From: an uncultured Chloroflexia bacterium
GTDB taxonomy: Bacteria > Chloroflexota > Limnocylindria > Limnocylindrales > CSP1-4
Assembly: GCA_963749705.1 (NCBI GenBank)
Contig: CAVVNQ010000003.1
Location: 160,001 to 224,000, forward strand
DNA length: 64,000 nucleotides
Reading direction: 5' to 3'
Positions within the stretch are counted from its first letter, which is position 1; every line of letters begins with the position of its first letter. Both the position numbers and the translations under genes were made by a program. The notes below the pieces were generated by a model. The model was not told the origin of the DNA and did not search any database. It saw only the letters and a program-made list of their open reading frames with translations. This document shows positions 1 through 9,544 of the stretch, piece by piece.

Positions 1-1
1 C

Positions 2-901
2 CTGCAGACCGATCGCTATGCGTCGAGCTTCCTGGACACGGTGGCGACCTCGGTCCACGACGCCCGGGTGGATCCGGACAGCCGGACGGTCCGCTGGCGC
101 GGACGGCGCGTGCCGGTGCGGACCTACCCGATCTCGGTCGACCCCGACGGCCTGGCCCGGTTCGCCCGCAGTGACGCCGTCGAGCAGCGGGTCGTCCGCC
201 TTCGAGAGCGACTCGGTCGCGCGGGGAACCCGTGGCTGATCGTCCGCGCCGACCGGATCGAGCCGTCGAAGAACGCGCTGCGCGGCTTCCTTGCGTTCGA
301 GGAGCTGCTGTCGCGAGATCCGCAGCTCCGCGATCACGTCCGGTTCCTGGCCGTGATGGCGCCGACGCGGACCTCGATCACGGAGTACGCGGAGTACGCC
401 GCGGCGGTCCGGGAGGTGGTCGCCCGGATCAACGGGCTGAGCGACCCGGATGATGCCCCGGTCTGGATCTCGGATGGCTCGGACTACGCGATGGCGATCG
501 CGGCCCTCCGGATGGCCGACGTGGTGCTGGTCAACCCGCTGGTCGACGGCATGAACCTGGTGGCCAAGGAGGCGGTGCTGGTCGGCGAGCGCAACCCGGT
601 GCTCGTGCTGTCCGAGACCGCGGGCGCCGCGGAGCAGCTGGCCGCGGACTCGCTGGTGGTCGCGCCCGCCGACATCGCCGGCACGGCCGCCCAGCTGCGC
701 CGCGCGCTCGAGATGCCCGCCGAGGAACGCCGGACCCGCCTCCGACACCTGCGCCAGTCCGTCCGCCACGAGGACGTGCGCTGGTGGCTGGACCGCCAGC
801 TGCGCGACATCGCGGCCATTCGCCGCGGCGCGCCGCCGCCGTCACGGCGCCTCCGGGACACGCTGCGCCGCGTCGAGAGCCCGGGCCTCACCTCCGACTA
901 G
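2..901 (+). CDS. otsA: Trehalose-6-phosphate synthase (GT20), 5'-truncated at window edge
   Basis: Motifs YPISVDP, RADRIEPSKN and NPLVDGMNLVAKE..LVLSETAGA. The frame is open to the left edge (LQTDRY...). Convergent with otsB. Confidence 0.88.
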   Translation: MQTDRYASSFLDTVATSVHDARVDPDSRTVRWRGRRVPVRTYPISVDPDGLARFARSDAVEQRVVRLRERLGRAGNPWLIVRADRIEPSKNALRGFLAFEELLSRDPQLRDHVRFLAVMAPTRTSITEYAEYAAAVREVVARINGLSDPDDAPVWISDGSDYAMAIAALRMADVVLVNPLVDGMNLVAKEAVLVGERNPVLVLSETAGAAEQLAADSLVVAPADIAGTAAQLRRALEMPAEERRTRLRHLRQSVRHEDVRWWLDRQLRDIAAIRRGAPPPSRRLRDTLRRVESPGLTSD

Positions 902-1878
902 GGCGACCCTCGCCCAGGCGGCGAGCTCGCTCCCGCGCCCGGCTGCGCCTCCAGCGCGTCGGCCAGCGCATCGAGCACGGCGGCCATCGCGTCCGGCGAC
1001 GCGACCATGACATCGGCGGTCGCGAGCACCTCCGGGGGCGTCTCGGCTGCGCCGCTGACCCCGACGATCAAGGCCTGCACGGCCTCCGCGTCGCGCAGGC
1101 GCCGGACGACCCGGAAGCCGTCGGCATCGGTGCGGTCGTCGCCCGTGATCAGGACCGAGGCGGGTCGAACCTCGTCGATCAGGCGCTGCGCCGCGTCGCC
1201 CTTGCCCGGCGCGCCGCCCGGCCGCAGCTCGACGACCCGGCGACTCTCGAGGCGATCGACGTGCTGCGGCCCCAGGTCCCGTGCGGCCGCCTCGAGCTCG
1301 GCATCGAGCGCCGCATGGATCGACGCCCTGGCAGCTTCGGGGTCGTCGGCGCGGCGGTAATGCAGCCCGATCGAGGCGCCCTTGGGCTCGATCGACAGCC
1401 ACTCCGGTCGGCCCATGCCCTCGGCCGCACGCTCGGCGAGCCGCAGCAGCCCCGTCCCGGCCGCATCGATGCCGGGGTCGGTCCGGACGACCGGACGTGC
1501 GTCCGGTTCCGGTCCCAGATAGCCCTGCTCGATCCCGTGCTGGCCCAGGTACCGGATCCCCGGCACCCCGACCCGGCGCGCAACGTCGGCGGCGTCACGC
1601 CCCGACAGGACGGCGACGACCAGCGCGCCCGCGGGCAGCGCATCCGCGGCCGCGCCCAGGCGCCCCAGCGCGCGCCGCGCCGCGGGCACGATGCGGGCAT
1701 CCCCCGGAACCTCGACGATCGGTGACAGGGTGCCGTCGAAGTCGGTGATGACGAGGATCGGCCGGGTGCGTGCCAGCGTGGCCGCGCGACGCGTGGCCGC
1801 TCGAAGGATGGCCGATGCACGGGCCGGACGGCCGCCGGGCCCGTCCGGGTCGCCGGCGCGCGACGCGGTCGGGGTCAC
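898..1878 (-). CDS. otsB: Trehalose-6-phosphate phosphatase (HAD IIB)
   Basis: Motifs TDFDGTLSPIV, SGR, LHYR, VELRP..GKG and GDDRTDADGF. Confidence 0.88.
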   Translation of the reverse strand: MTPTASRAGDPDGPGGRPARASAILRAATRRAATLARTRPILVITDFDGTLSPIVEVPGDARIVPAARRALGRLGAAADALPAGALVVAVLSGRDAADVARRVGVPGIRYLGQHGIEQGYLGPEPDARPVVRTDPGIDAAGTGLLRLAERAAEGMGRPEWLSIEPKGASIGLHYRRADDPEAARASIHAALDAELEAAARDLGPQHVDRLESRRVVELRPGGAPGKGDAAQRLIDEVRPASVLITGDDRTDADGFRVVRRLRDAEAVQALIVGVSGAAETPPEVLATADVMVASPDAMAAVLDALADALEAQPGAGASSPPGRGSP

Positions 1879-2534
1879 GGTGCGCTGACGGTGACGCCCG
1901 GCATGATCGTCTCCAGCCCGGCGGTCATCAGATCGGGCCCGATGCCGCCCAGGGCGCCGTCACGCACGATCCCGTCGGTGTCGATCCAGTAGTGGACGGG
2001 CAACGCGAACGCGCCCCACGCGGCCTGTGCCACGCCGTCCACGTCGGTCCCGACGGGCAGCGTCACGCCGAGGCCGCGCATGTAGCCGTCGACCGTCGTC
2101 TGGTCCTCGCGGACGTCGATCACCAGCACCACCAGGCCGGCGTCCGAGTACTTGGCGGCGTAGCCGGCCATCAGGGGAAGCTCGTCCCGGCACGACGGGC
2201 ACCAGGTCGCCATGAAGTTGACCCAGACCGGCTGGCCCTTGAGCGACGCGAGGGTGATCCGGCCGCCGCCCAGCTGCGCCACGTCGAGCGGCGGGGCAGC
2301 CTCACCGACCCCGAACGCCGCAGATGCGCCGCTGGCCGAAGCTGACGGCGTCGCCGCGGGCGAGGGTGTGGACGCTGCGGGCGAGGGTGTCACCGGCACC
2401 TGGCTCGCGGCGACCGATGCGGCGGGGCCCTGGACAACGGGTGGCGGCACCAGGAGCAGCAGCCCGCCGAGCGCGATGGCGCCGACCACCACACCCGCGA
2501 TCAGGCCCGCCACGACGTTCGCTCTCCCACCCAT
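1875..2534 (-). CDS. Membrane-anchored TlpA/ResA-family thioredoxin
   Basis: N-terminal TM, S/T/P-rich linker, VNFMATWCPSCRDELP and ALPVHYWID. Confidence 0.88.
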   Translation of the reverse strand: MGGRANVVAGLIAGVVVGAIALGGLLLLVPPPVVQGPAASVAASQVPVTPSPAASTPSPAATPSASASGASAAFGVGEAAPPLDVAQLGGGRITLASLKGQPVWVNFMATWCPSCRDELPLMAGYAAKYSDAGLVVLVIDVREDQTTVDGYMRGLGVTLPVGTDVDGVAQAAWGAFALPVHYWIDTDGIVRDGALGGIGPDLMTAGLETIMPGVTVSAP

Positions 2535-2600
2535 CAGTGCGAGCCTACCAGTACGACTCGGTCGGGGCGGGATCGTGAGGCGTCCACTAGGATCTCCGCG

Positions 2601-3323
2601 ATGCTCCCGCCGATCGAGACCGTCCGCACCCGGATCCTGCCCGCCCTGCTCACGGCGCTGGGCGTGGTGCTGCTGACCGCCGGCCTGCTGTCGTACGCGG
2701 ATCCCACCACGGCGGGAACGACGCTCGAGGAATCACCCACGACGTACGTCCTGACGCCGTCGACGGCGCCGACGGCGTCCACGGTGGGCCCGTCGGCGAC
2801 GCCGACCGCCGAGGCCTCCGCCGCCCAGTCCGAGGCCCCCACCGTCAGCCCGGCCGTGCGGGCGCTCGCCACGCGGGTCGTCATCCCGGCGCTCAAGATC
2901 GACCTGCCCGTCATCGAGGGGCCCGACGGCTACCCGCTGTGCAACGTCGCGATGTACTTCAAGGAGCTCGGCCAGCCGGGCGAAGGCCGCGCGACGTACC
3001 TGTTCGCGCACGCACGGGACGGGATGTTCGGGCCGATCTACGAGCTCGCCCACGCCGGCCAGCAGCGAAAGATGCTGGGCATGATCGTCCAGGTGTTCAC
3101 CAGCGACGACAAGCTGTACCTGTACGAGGTCCACGAGGTCCGGCTGCACCAGCTCAACCTCAACGCCGCCCAGGCCGCGACCACCGAGGAGCTGTGGCTC
3201 CAGACGTCCGAAGGGCCGAAGGGGACACCGGGCAAGACGCAGCTGGTCGCGGTTCCGATCTCGGTCGGCGACGCGGATCCGGCCGATGCCCACCCCAAGC
3301 CGAAGCCCGTGGCCTGCGGCTGA
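2601..3323 (+). CDS. Sortase-fold protein (class F-like) with atypical catalytic motif
   Basis: N-terminal TM, T/P linker, RVVIPALKIDLPV, PGEG..TYLFAHAR and ELWLQTSEG, where TLxTC is expected. Confidence 0.7.
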   Translation: MLPPIETVRTRILPALLTALGVVLLTAGLLSYADPTTAGTTLEESPTTYVLTPSTAPTASTVGPSATPTAEASAAQSEAPTVSPAVRALATRVVIPALKIDLPVIEGPDGYPLCNVAMYFKELGQPGEGRATYLFAHARDGMFGPIYELAHAGQQRKMLGMIVQVFTSDDKLYLYEVHEVRLHQLNLNAAQAATTEELWLQTSEGPKGTPGKTQLVAVPISVGDADPADAHPKPKPVACG

Positions 3324-3336
3324 CCGCCCGACGGTC

Positions 3337-4944
3337 TCAGCTGGCGCCGGCCCCGGGCTCCGGGCCGCGGCGGCGGCGGTCGAGGACCAGCGACGGCGGC
3401 ACGGCGATCGCGGTCACGGCACCCGCGACCAGGAAGATGCCGACCATGATCCTGGCCGCCTCGCTGGCCGCCCAGCTCTCGAGCGCCTCGACGACGAGCC
3501 CGTCGTGGAGCGGCCGGTCGCGCAGCGAGGCCGGGATGTACTGGCGGTACGAGTCGGGCGTGGCGTACACCTGGTCGTAGAGGCGATCGATCGTGGTCGA
3601 CCCGTACGCCGTCAGGATCGCGAGACCCACGGCCATCCCGATCATCCGCGCCACAGTCACCGTCGACGACGCCATCCCGTACGCCTCACGCGAGACGGAC
3701 TGGACCGCCGCGGTTGACCGGGGCGTCACGGTCAGCCCGAACCCCGCCCCGAACAGCCCGAGAGCGGCGGCGGTCTGCTCGATGGTGGTGGCCGGGGTCC
3801 ACGCCGACATCACGACCAGCGCCACGATCGATGCGCCGAGGCCGAGCAGGGTGACCAGGCGCAGCGAGAGCACGCGCACGGCGAACCCGGACACGAGCGC
3901 GCCAGCGGCCGTTGCCGCGCCCAGCGCCCCCAGCGCCAGCCGCTGGTCGTCGGCGCCGCCGTACAGCACCCGGTCCACGAACACCGCGCCGCCCACGATC
4001 GCGGTCGCGAATCCATACCCCGTCAGCGCCGAGACCAGTGCCGCGGCCGTGAACGGGGCATGGCGGAACAGCCGCGGGTCGAGGAACGGGTCGCCCGTGC
4101 GCAGCCCGCGCACGATGCTCACGGGTCCGGCAACCGCGGCCACGACGACGAGGATGATCGTCACGATGAACGGGTCGATGGACCCGGGGCCCGGATCGGT
4201 GCGGCTGCCGAGCAGCGTGAGGGCGCCCAGCGCGCCGATCAGGAACGCCGAGAACAGCACCGCACCAACCAGGTCGACCCGTCCGGCGCGGCGCGGCGTC
4301 TCCCAGCCGCTGCTCGCGGCCCACGCGAGGACGACCGCGATGATCCCGATCGGCACGTTGACGTAGAACACCCAGCGCCACGCCGGCGCCAGCGCGTCCG
4401 GGAGCGGCGAGCCGGGCGTCAGGCCGAGTCGCGCCAACGCGGCGTCCGGATGGAAGGCGTCGAGGATGGCCGCGCCGAGGAACGGGCCGGCGGCCATGCC
4501 CAGGAACGTGAGCGCGCCGATGATCCCCAGCGCCCTCGGACGTGCCGGGCCTTCGAACAGGTGCGAGACGGCCGATGTCGCCACCGGGATCAGGGCACCG
4601 CCGCCCGCCGCCTGCACGAGGCGCGCCGCGACCAGCTCCTCCAGCGACTGCGCCCGGCCCGCGAGGGCCGAGCCGATCGTGAACACCACCAGCGCCGCCA
4701 GGAACAGCCGGCGATTGCCCCACAGGTCGGCCAGGCGACCGGCCAGGGGCATGGTCACCACGTACACCAGGAGATAGCCGTTGATGATCCACGACGCCTC
4801 GCGCAGGCGGGTCCAGTCTGCGAGGTCGACAACGATCGCCGGCAGCGCGACCGCCGTGATCATGAGCTCCAGGCCGGCGAGGAACACGCCCGCGCCCAGG
4901 ACGGCAAGGAGAACGAGGGCATCGCGTCGCGGCAACCGGTCCAC
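3337..4944 (-). CDS. DHA2/14-TM MFS transporter
   Basis: Motifs GRLADLWG, RLVQAAGGG and WRWVFYVNVPIG. Start reassigned to GTG 4944; the track ORF is over-extended into arsR. Confidence 0.88.
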   Translation of the reverse strand: MDRLPRRDALVLLAVLGAGVFLAGLELMITAVALPAIVVDLADWTRLREASWIINGYLLVYVVTMPLAGRLADLWGNRRLFLAALVVFTIGSALAGRAQSLEELVAARLVQAAGGGALIPVATSAVSHLFEGPARPRALGIIGALTFLGMAAGPFLGAAILDAFHPDAALARLGLTPGSPLPDALAPAWRWVFYVNVPIGIIAVVLAWAASSGWETPRRAGRVDLVGAVLFSAFLIGALGALTLLGSRTDPGPGSIDPFIVTIILVVVAAVAGPVSIVRGLRTGDPFLDPRLFRHAPFTAAALVSALTGYGFATAIVGGAVFVDRVLYGGADDQRLALGALGAATAAGALVSGFAVRVLSLRLVTLLGLGASIVALVVMSAWTPATTIEQTAAALGLFGAGFGLTVTPRSTAAVQSVSREAYGMASSTVTVARMIGMAVGLAILTAYGSTTIDRLYDQVYATPDSYRQYIPASLRDRPLHDGLVVEALESWAASEAARIMVGIFLVAGAVTAIAVPPSLVLDRRRRGPEPGAGAS

Positions 4945-4971
4945 GGCCCGAGTGTAGGTCGACGACCGGGC

Positions 4972-5000
4972 TTGACACCACGAACCCGCGCCAATAGGAT
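4972..5000 (+). promoter_or_regulatory. Sigma70-type promoter of the arsR-pgsA-ino1 operon
   Basis: TTGACA (4972-4977), 17-nt spacer, TAGGAT (4995-5000). Confidence 0.75.
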
Positions 5001-5014
5001 CAACGTCCATTGAT
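4999..5014. promoter_or_regulatory. Putative ArsR operator
   Basis: Inverted repeat ATCAA-cgtcca-TTGAT overlapping the -10/start region, directly upstream of an ArsR gene. Confidence 0.6.
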
Positions 5015-5076
5015 ATAAATGGTGGTTGATCCGTAGATCGATATCGCCGTGTCGTGTCGTCGGACCATCGCAGCAG

Positions 5077-5454
5077 GTGCCTCAAGACTTGTCGCCATCT
5101 CGCGCACGCATCCGGAGCACGCTCGCATCGGTCGTCGACCAGCCCGATGACCTGCGCGAGCTGCGGCTGTTCCACAAGGTGCTCGCGGACGTCAACCGGC
5201 TGCGGATCGTGCGCAGGCTGGCCATCGGCCCGGCCACGGTGACCCAGCTGATCGACCATGTCGGGCTGTCCCAGCCGCTGGTCTCGTGGCACCTGGGCAA
5301 GCTCCGCGAGGTCGGGCTGGTCACCGCACGGCGCCATGGTCGCGAGACCGTCCACACGATCGAGCCCGAGGCGTTTGCGCGGTTCGCCGACCGACAGGCG
5401 CAGGTCCTGGGGTTCGGCGCGACCGGCGGGGCCACGCCGCGAGCGGTCTCGTGA
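5077..5454 (+). CDS. ArsR/SmtB-family transcriptional regulator
   Basis: LADVNRLRIVRRL..SQPLVSWHLGKLREVGLV. The GTG 5077 start is approximate. Confidence 0.85.
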   Translation: MPQDLSPSRARIRSTLASVVDQPDDLRELRLFHKVLADVNRLRIVRRLAIGPATVTQLIDHVGLSQPLVSWHLGKLREVGLVTARRHGRETVHTIEPEAFARFADRQAQVLGFGATGGATPRAVS

Positions 5455-6161
5455 CGGGCTCGCTGGTCACGCCCGGCCTGCGCTCCCGGGTTCGCGGCCT
5501 GATGGAGCCGATCGCGCTCGGCCTCGGACGTCTGGGCCTCACGCCGAACGCGCTCACGGTCATCGGCTTCCTGATCGCGTGCATCGCGGCGGTCGCGGCG
5601 GCCGCCCAATGGTGGCTCGTGGCCGGGCTCCTGGTCGTGTTCGGCGGCGTGTTCGACCTGTTCGACGGCGCCCTGGCGCGAGCGACCGGCAGGGTGAGCC
5701 GGCTGGGCGCGTTCATGGACTCGACCTTCGACCGGTGGGGGGAGGGCGTCGTCTACGTGGGTGTCGTGGCGGGCTCGCTTGCCGATGATTTCCGCCTCGG
5801 CGCGGTGCTCGCCGCCGCCGCGATGGCTTCCGCGTTCATGGTCAGCTATACCCGGGCCAAGGCCGAGAGCCTCGGTTTCACGCCCGGGACGGGCATGGCC
5901 AACGTGGGCCTCGCGCCGCGCGAGGTCCGGATCGTCATCCTCACGATCGGCCTGGTCCTTGCCGGCATCCAGGGGACCGCCAACCCCCTGCTACGCCTCG
6001 AGACCTATTCGCTCCCCGGCGGCATCGAGATCGCCCTGCCGTGGGCCGGCCAGGTCTGGCTCGCATGGAGCCTCGGCCTGATCGCCATCCTCGCCACCAT
6101 CACGACCATCCAGCGAATCGTCCACACCATCAACCAGGCATCCAAGCAGGAGCAGGAGTAA
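5451..6161 (+). CDS. pgsA: CDP-alcohol phosphatidyltransferase, likely phosphatidylinositol-phosphate synthase
   Basis: [25 protein letters not shown] and [13 protein letters not shown] overlap with arsR; adjacent to ino1. Confidence 0.85.
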   Translation: MTGSLVTPGLRSRVRGLMEPIALGLGRLGLTPNALTVIGFLIACIAAVAAAAQWWLVAGLLVVFGGVFDLFDGALARATGRVSRLGAFMDSTFDRWGEGVVYVGVVAGSLADDFRLGAVLAAAAMASAFMVSYTRAKAESLGFTPGTGMANVGLAPREVRIVILTIGLVLAGIQGTANPLLRLETYSLPGGIEIALPWAGQVWLAWSLGLIAILATITTIQRIVHTINQASKQEQE

Positions 6162-6168
6162 CAGCAGC

Positions 6169-7386
6169 ATGGAGCAAGAGCGGGTGAGCACGAACGGCAC
6201 CAACGGGGGCACCCCCAAGGCGCGCGGCAAGAAGATCCGGGTCGCCATCGTGGGCGTCGGGAACTGCGCCAGCAGCCTGGTCCAGGGTCGCTACTACTAC
6301 GAGAACGCGAAGGCCGGCGAATTCGTCCCCGGGCTGATGCACGTCCAGCTGGGCGACTACCACATCAGCGATGTCGAGTTCGTCGCCGCGTTCGACGTCG
6401 ACAAGGAGAAGGTCGGCAAGGACATCTCCGAGGCGATCTTCTCGGGCCAGAACAACACCTACAAGTTCATGGACGTTCCGCACATGGGCGTCAAGGTCGA
6501 CCGGGGCATGACCCACGACGGCCTGGGCAAGTACCTGTCGCAGATCATCGAGAAGGCCCCCGGGCCCACGGCGGACGTGGTCGGGATCCTGCGCGATCGC
6601 GAGGTCGACGTCATGGTGTCGTACCTGCCGGTCGGCAGCGAGGAGGCCACCAAGTGGTACGTCGAGCAGGCACTCAAGGCCGGCGTCGCGTTCGTCAACG
6701 CGATCCCCGTGTTCATCGGTCGCGAGCCCTACTGGCAGCGCCGGTTTGCCGAGGAAGGGCTGCCCGTCATCGGCGATGACATCAAGAGCCAGGTCGGCGC
6801 GACGATCACCCACCGGGTGATGACCCGCCTGTTCATGGACCGCGGCGTCCGCCTCGACCGCACGTACCAGCTCAACTTCGGCGGCAACACGGACTTCCTC
6901 AACATGCTCGAGCGCGAGCGCCTCGAGTCCAAGAAGATCAGCAAGACCAACGCGGTCACCTCGATGCTCGACTACGACATGGAGCCGACCGACGTGCACG
7001 TCGGCCCGTCGGACTACGTGCCGTGGCTCAAGGACCGCAAGTACTGCCACATCGTCATGGAGGGCACGACGTTCGGCGACGTGCCGCTCAAGGCCGAGCT
7101 CAAGCTCGAGGTGTGGGACAGCCCCAACAGCGCGGGCGTCATCATCGACGCCATCCGCTGCGTGCGGATCGGGCTGGACCGGGGCCTCAAGGGCACCCTC
7201 GTGGCTCCCTCGAGCTACTTCATGAAGAGCCCCCCGCTCCAGATCCACGACGACATCGCGTTCAACCGGGTCGAGGCGTTCATCCGGGGCGAGGACAACG
7301 AGACGCTGGTCGGCAACGAGGAGTCGAAGAAGGACTCCAAGGCGCTGGCCGGCCAGGCAAAGGCGAAGGCTGCCGCCAACCGGTGA
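6169..7386 (+). CDS. ino1: myo-inositol-1-phosphate synthase
   Basis: [41 protein letters not shown] and WDSPNSAG. Confidence 0.96.
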   Translation: MEQERVSTNGTNGGTPKARGKKIRVAIVGVGNCASSLVQGRYYYENAKAGEFVPGLMHVQLGDYHISDVEFVAAFDVDKEKVGKDISEAIFSGQNNTYKFMDVPHMGVKVDRGMTHDGLGKYLSQIIEKAPGPTADVVGILRDREVDVMVSYLPVGSEEATKWYVEQALKAGVAFVNAIPVFIGREPYWQRRFAEEGLPVIGDDIKSQVGATITHRVMTRLFMDRGVRLDRTYQLNFGGNTDFLNMLERERLESKKISKTNAVTSMLDYDMEPTDVHVGPSDYVPWLKDRKYCHIVMEGTTFGDVPLKAELKLEVWDSPNSAGVIIDAIRCVRIGLDRGLKGTLVAPSSYFMKSPPLQIHDDIAFNRVEAFIRGEDNETLVGNEESKKDSKALAGQAKAKAAANR

Positions 7387-8465
7387 CCCAGCGCACTCCC
7401 GGGCTCGAGGCGCCCCACCGGCGCCTCGAGCCACCCTCCCGCCTGCTCGAGCGGTCCGCGGTCCTCGGCTACCGGGCCGCGGCCGTCGTCCTTGCGCACG
7501 TGCCGCCGCGGCTGTCGCGAGCGGTGATCGGGACCGCCGTGCAGGCGAGCTACCTCGCCTGGCCCGCCAAGCGGCGGTTCTCCAACACGAACTTCGGGCA
7601 CGTGCTCGGGCTCCCGCCCGGGGATCCGCGCGTGAGGCGGCTCGCGCTGCGGGCATACCGCGAGTACGCGCGCTACATCGTGGAGCTGATGCGGCTCCCG
7701 TCACGCCCCGAGGCCGAGGTCTCAGCGGCCGTCGAGCTGGGCGATATCGAACGCGTCGCCCGGCTGTGGCGCGAGTCCGGACTGCCACTGATCGTGGTCG
7801 CCGGGCACATCGGCAACAACGAGGCGGCGGCCGCAGCCATCGCCGAGCACGGCTACCCGACCAACGTGATCGCCGACGACTCGTCATTCCCGGAGCTGTT
7901 CGACCTGCTGCGGCGACAGCGCGAGTCGTGGGGCGTCAAGCTCATCCCGTGGCGGAACCTGCGCGACCTGTTCGGGGTCCTGCGCCGCAACGAGATCCTG
8001 GCCCTGCTGATCGACTGGGGGTACCGGCCGGACGGGATCCCCGTCCGGATGTTCGATGCCTGGACAACGCTGCCGGCAGGACCGGCGACGCTGGCCGCGA
8101 AGTCGGGCGCCATGATCGTGCCGATCGCCATCCGACGCGACGCTGCGGGTCGCTTCCACATCGAGCTCGACGAGCACTTCACGGTGCCGTCATCGGCCCC
8201 GGCCGACCTGCTCGGTGCGACGCAGCGGATCGCCGACTTCCTCGAGCGTGCGGTGGCCGAGGCCCCCGAGCAGTGGTACAGCTTCAAGCCCGTGTGGCCG
8301 GCCGATCCCGGCGAGGGCCTCGCCCTCGAGGCGCGGGCCGCTGCGATGCGCGCCGACAGGGGCCGGGCTGGCCAAAGCCGAGCCGGTGTCCGGCCCGCCA
8401 CGGCGGGCAAGCCGGACGACACCGTCGGGACCGACGCCCGCGCATTCGAGGCGACGGGGTCGTGA
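7383..8465 (+). CDS. Lipid A/PIM-type acyltransferase (PatA-like), copy 1
   Basis: [16 protein letters not shown] and PEQWY. GTGA overlap with ino1. Confidence 0.8.
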   Translation: MTQRTPGLEAPHRRLEPPSRLLERSAVLGYRAAAVVLAHVPPRLSRAVIGTAVQASYLAWPAKRRFSNTNFGHVLGLPPGDPRVRRLALRAYREYARYIVELMRLPSRPEAEVSAAVELGDIERVARLWRESGLPLIVVAGHIGNNEAAAAAIAEHGYPTNVIADDSSFPELFDLLRRQRESWGVKLIPWRNLRDLFGVLRRNEILALLIDWGYRPDGIPVRMFDAWTTLPAGPATLAAKSGAMIVPIAIRRDAAGRFHIELDEHFTVPSSAPADLLGATQRIADFLERAVAEAPEQWYSFKPVWPADPGEGLALEARAAAMRADRGRAGQSRAGVRPATAGKPDDTVGTDARAFEATGS

Positions 8466-9544
8466 TCTCGGCCACGCCGCCCGGCCCGGCCAGTGCCCCC
8501 GGTGGACCGGTGGCGGATGCGCCGGATGCGGCGCGTGGCCTCCGTGGGACCCTGCTGGTCGGCGGAGCGAAGCTGATCTCGCGGCTCCCGGAACGGCCGC
8601 TCGTCGCGGCCGCGGATGCCGCGGGCGAGCTGTGGTACCGCCTGGCGCCGGCGCGCGCCGCGCAGGCGCGGGCGAACCTCGGGCGCGTGTGCGAGGGCCT
8701 GGCCGCATCGAACCGTGGCACCGGTCTCGCCCGGCGCGCGGCCACGGACCCCGACGCACTCGAGCGGCTGGTGCGCGCCGCCTTCCGGCACGCGGCCCGG
8801 TACTACCTCGAGGTTGCGCGCAGCGGCGCCTTCGACCTGGCGCTGGCGCAGGAGCGGATCGAGATCGAGACCCCGGCGGAGGTCAGCGAGGCGCTTGCGA
8901 GCGGACGCCCGATCGTGCTCGTGGGCATGCACTTCGGCTCGATCGAGCTCCCGGTCGTGATCGTGTCCCACCTCGTCGGACACCCGGTCACCGCACCCAT
9001 GGAGTCGGTGTCGGACCCGGGCCTCCAGCGCTGGTTCATCGAGTCGCGGAGCCGCGTGGGCGTGCAAATCGTGCCGATCACCGATGCTCGCCGAACCCTG
9101 CTCCGCGCACTCCGGCGGGGCGAGTCGGTGGGGCTGGTCGCGGACCGGGACCTGACCCACAACGGGTTGCTGGTCCCGCTGTTCGGCCACCCGGCGCCGA
9201 TCCCCGCCGGGCCGGCGCTGCTGGCCGTCGAGGCCGGCGTGCCGGTCTACGCCGGGTCCGCACGCCGGACGGCCGGTGGGAGGGTGATCGGCCGGTTGCT
9301 CGAGGTGCCGGTCCCGCAGACCGGGACCCGGCGCGAGCGCGTGACCGCGCTGACCGCCCGGATCGCAGCCGCGTTCGAGTCGCTGCTGGCGGACAGCCCC
9401 GAGCAGTGGTGGGGCGCCTTCCACCCGATCTGGCCCGATCTCGTTCCAGCCGGCCGATCGGCTGCTGCATCGACCGCGGCTCCGACCGCGGCGCCGGCGA
9501 CGGATCTGCCCGGCGGCGACGCCGCGCCCGAGGCTCGTGCATGA
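8462..9544 (+). CDS. Lipid A/PIM-type acyltransferase (PatA-like), copy 2
   Basis: HFGSIE, VADRDL, IPAGPALLA and PEQWW. GTGA overlap. Confidence 0.8.
   Translation: MISATPPGPASAPGGPVADAPDAARGLRGTLLVGGAKLISRLPERPLVAAADAAGELWYRLAPARAAQARANLGRVCEGLAASNRGTGLARRAATDPDALERLVRAAFRHAARYYLEVARSGAFDLALAQERIEIETPAEVSEALASGRPIVLVGMHFGSIELPVVIVSHLVGHPVTAPMESVSDPGLQRWFIESRSRVGVQIVPITDARRTLLRALRRGESVGLVADRDLTHNGLLVPLFGHPAPIPAGPALLAVEAGVPVYAGSARRTAGGRVIGRLLEVPVPQTGTRRERVTALTARIAAAFESLLADSPEQWWGAFHPIWPDLVPAGRSAAASTAAPTAAPATDLPGGDAAPEARA

Noticed and set aside
898-901. Overlapping stop codons of convergent genes (also at 61400-61403)
   Set aside because: A common compact-genome arrangement.
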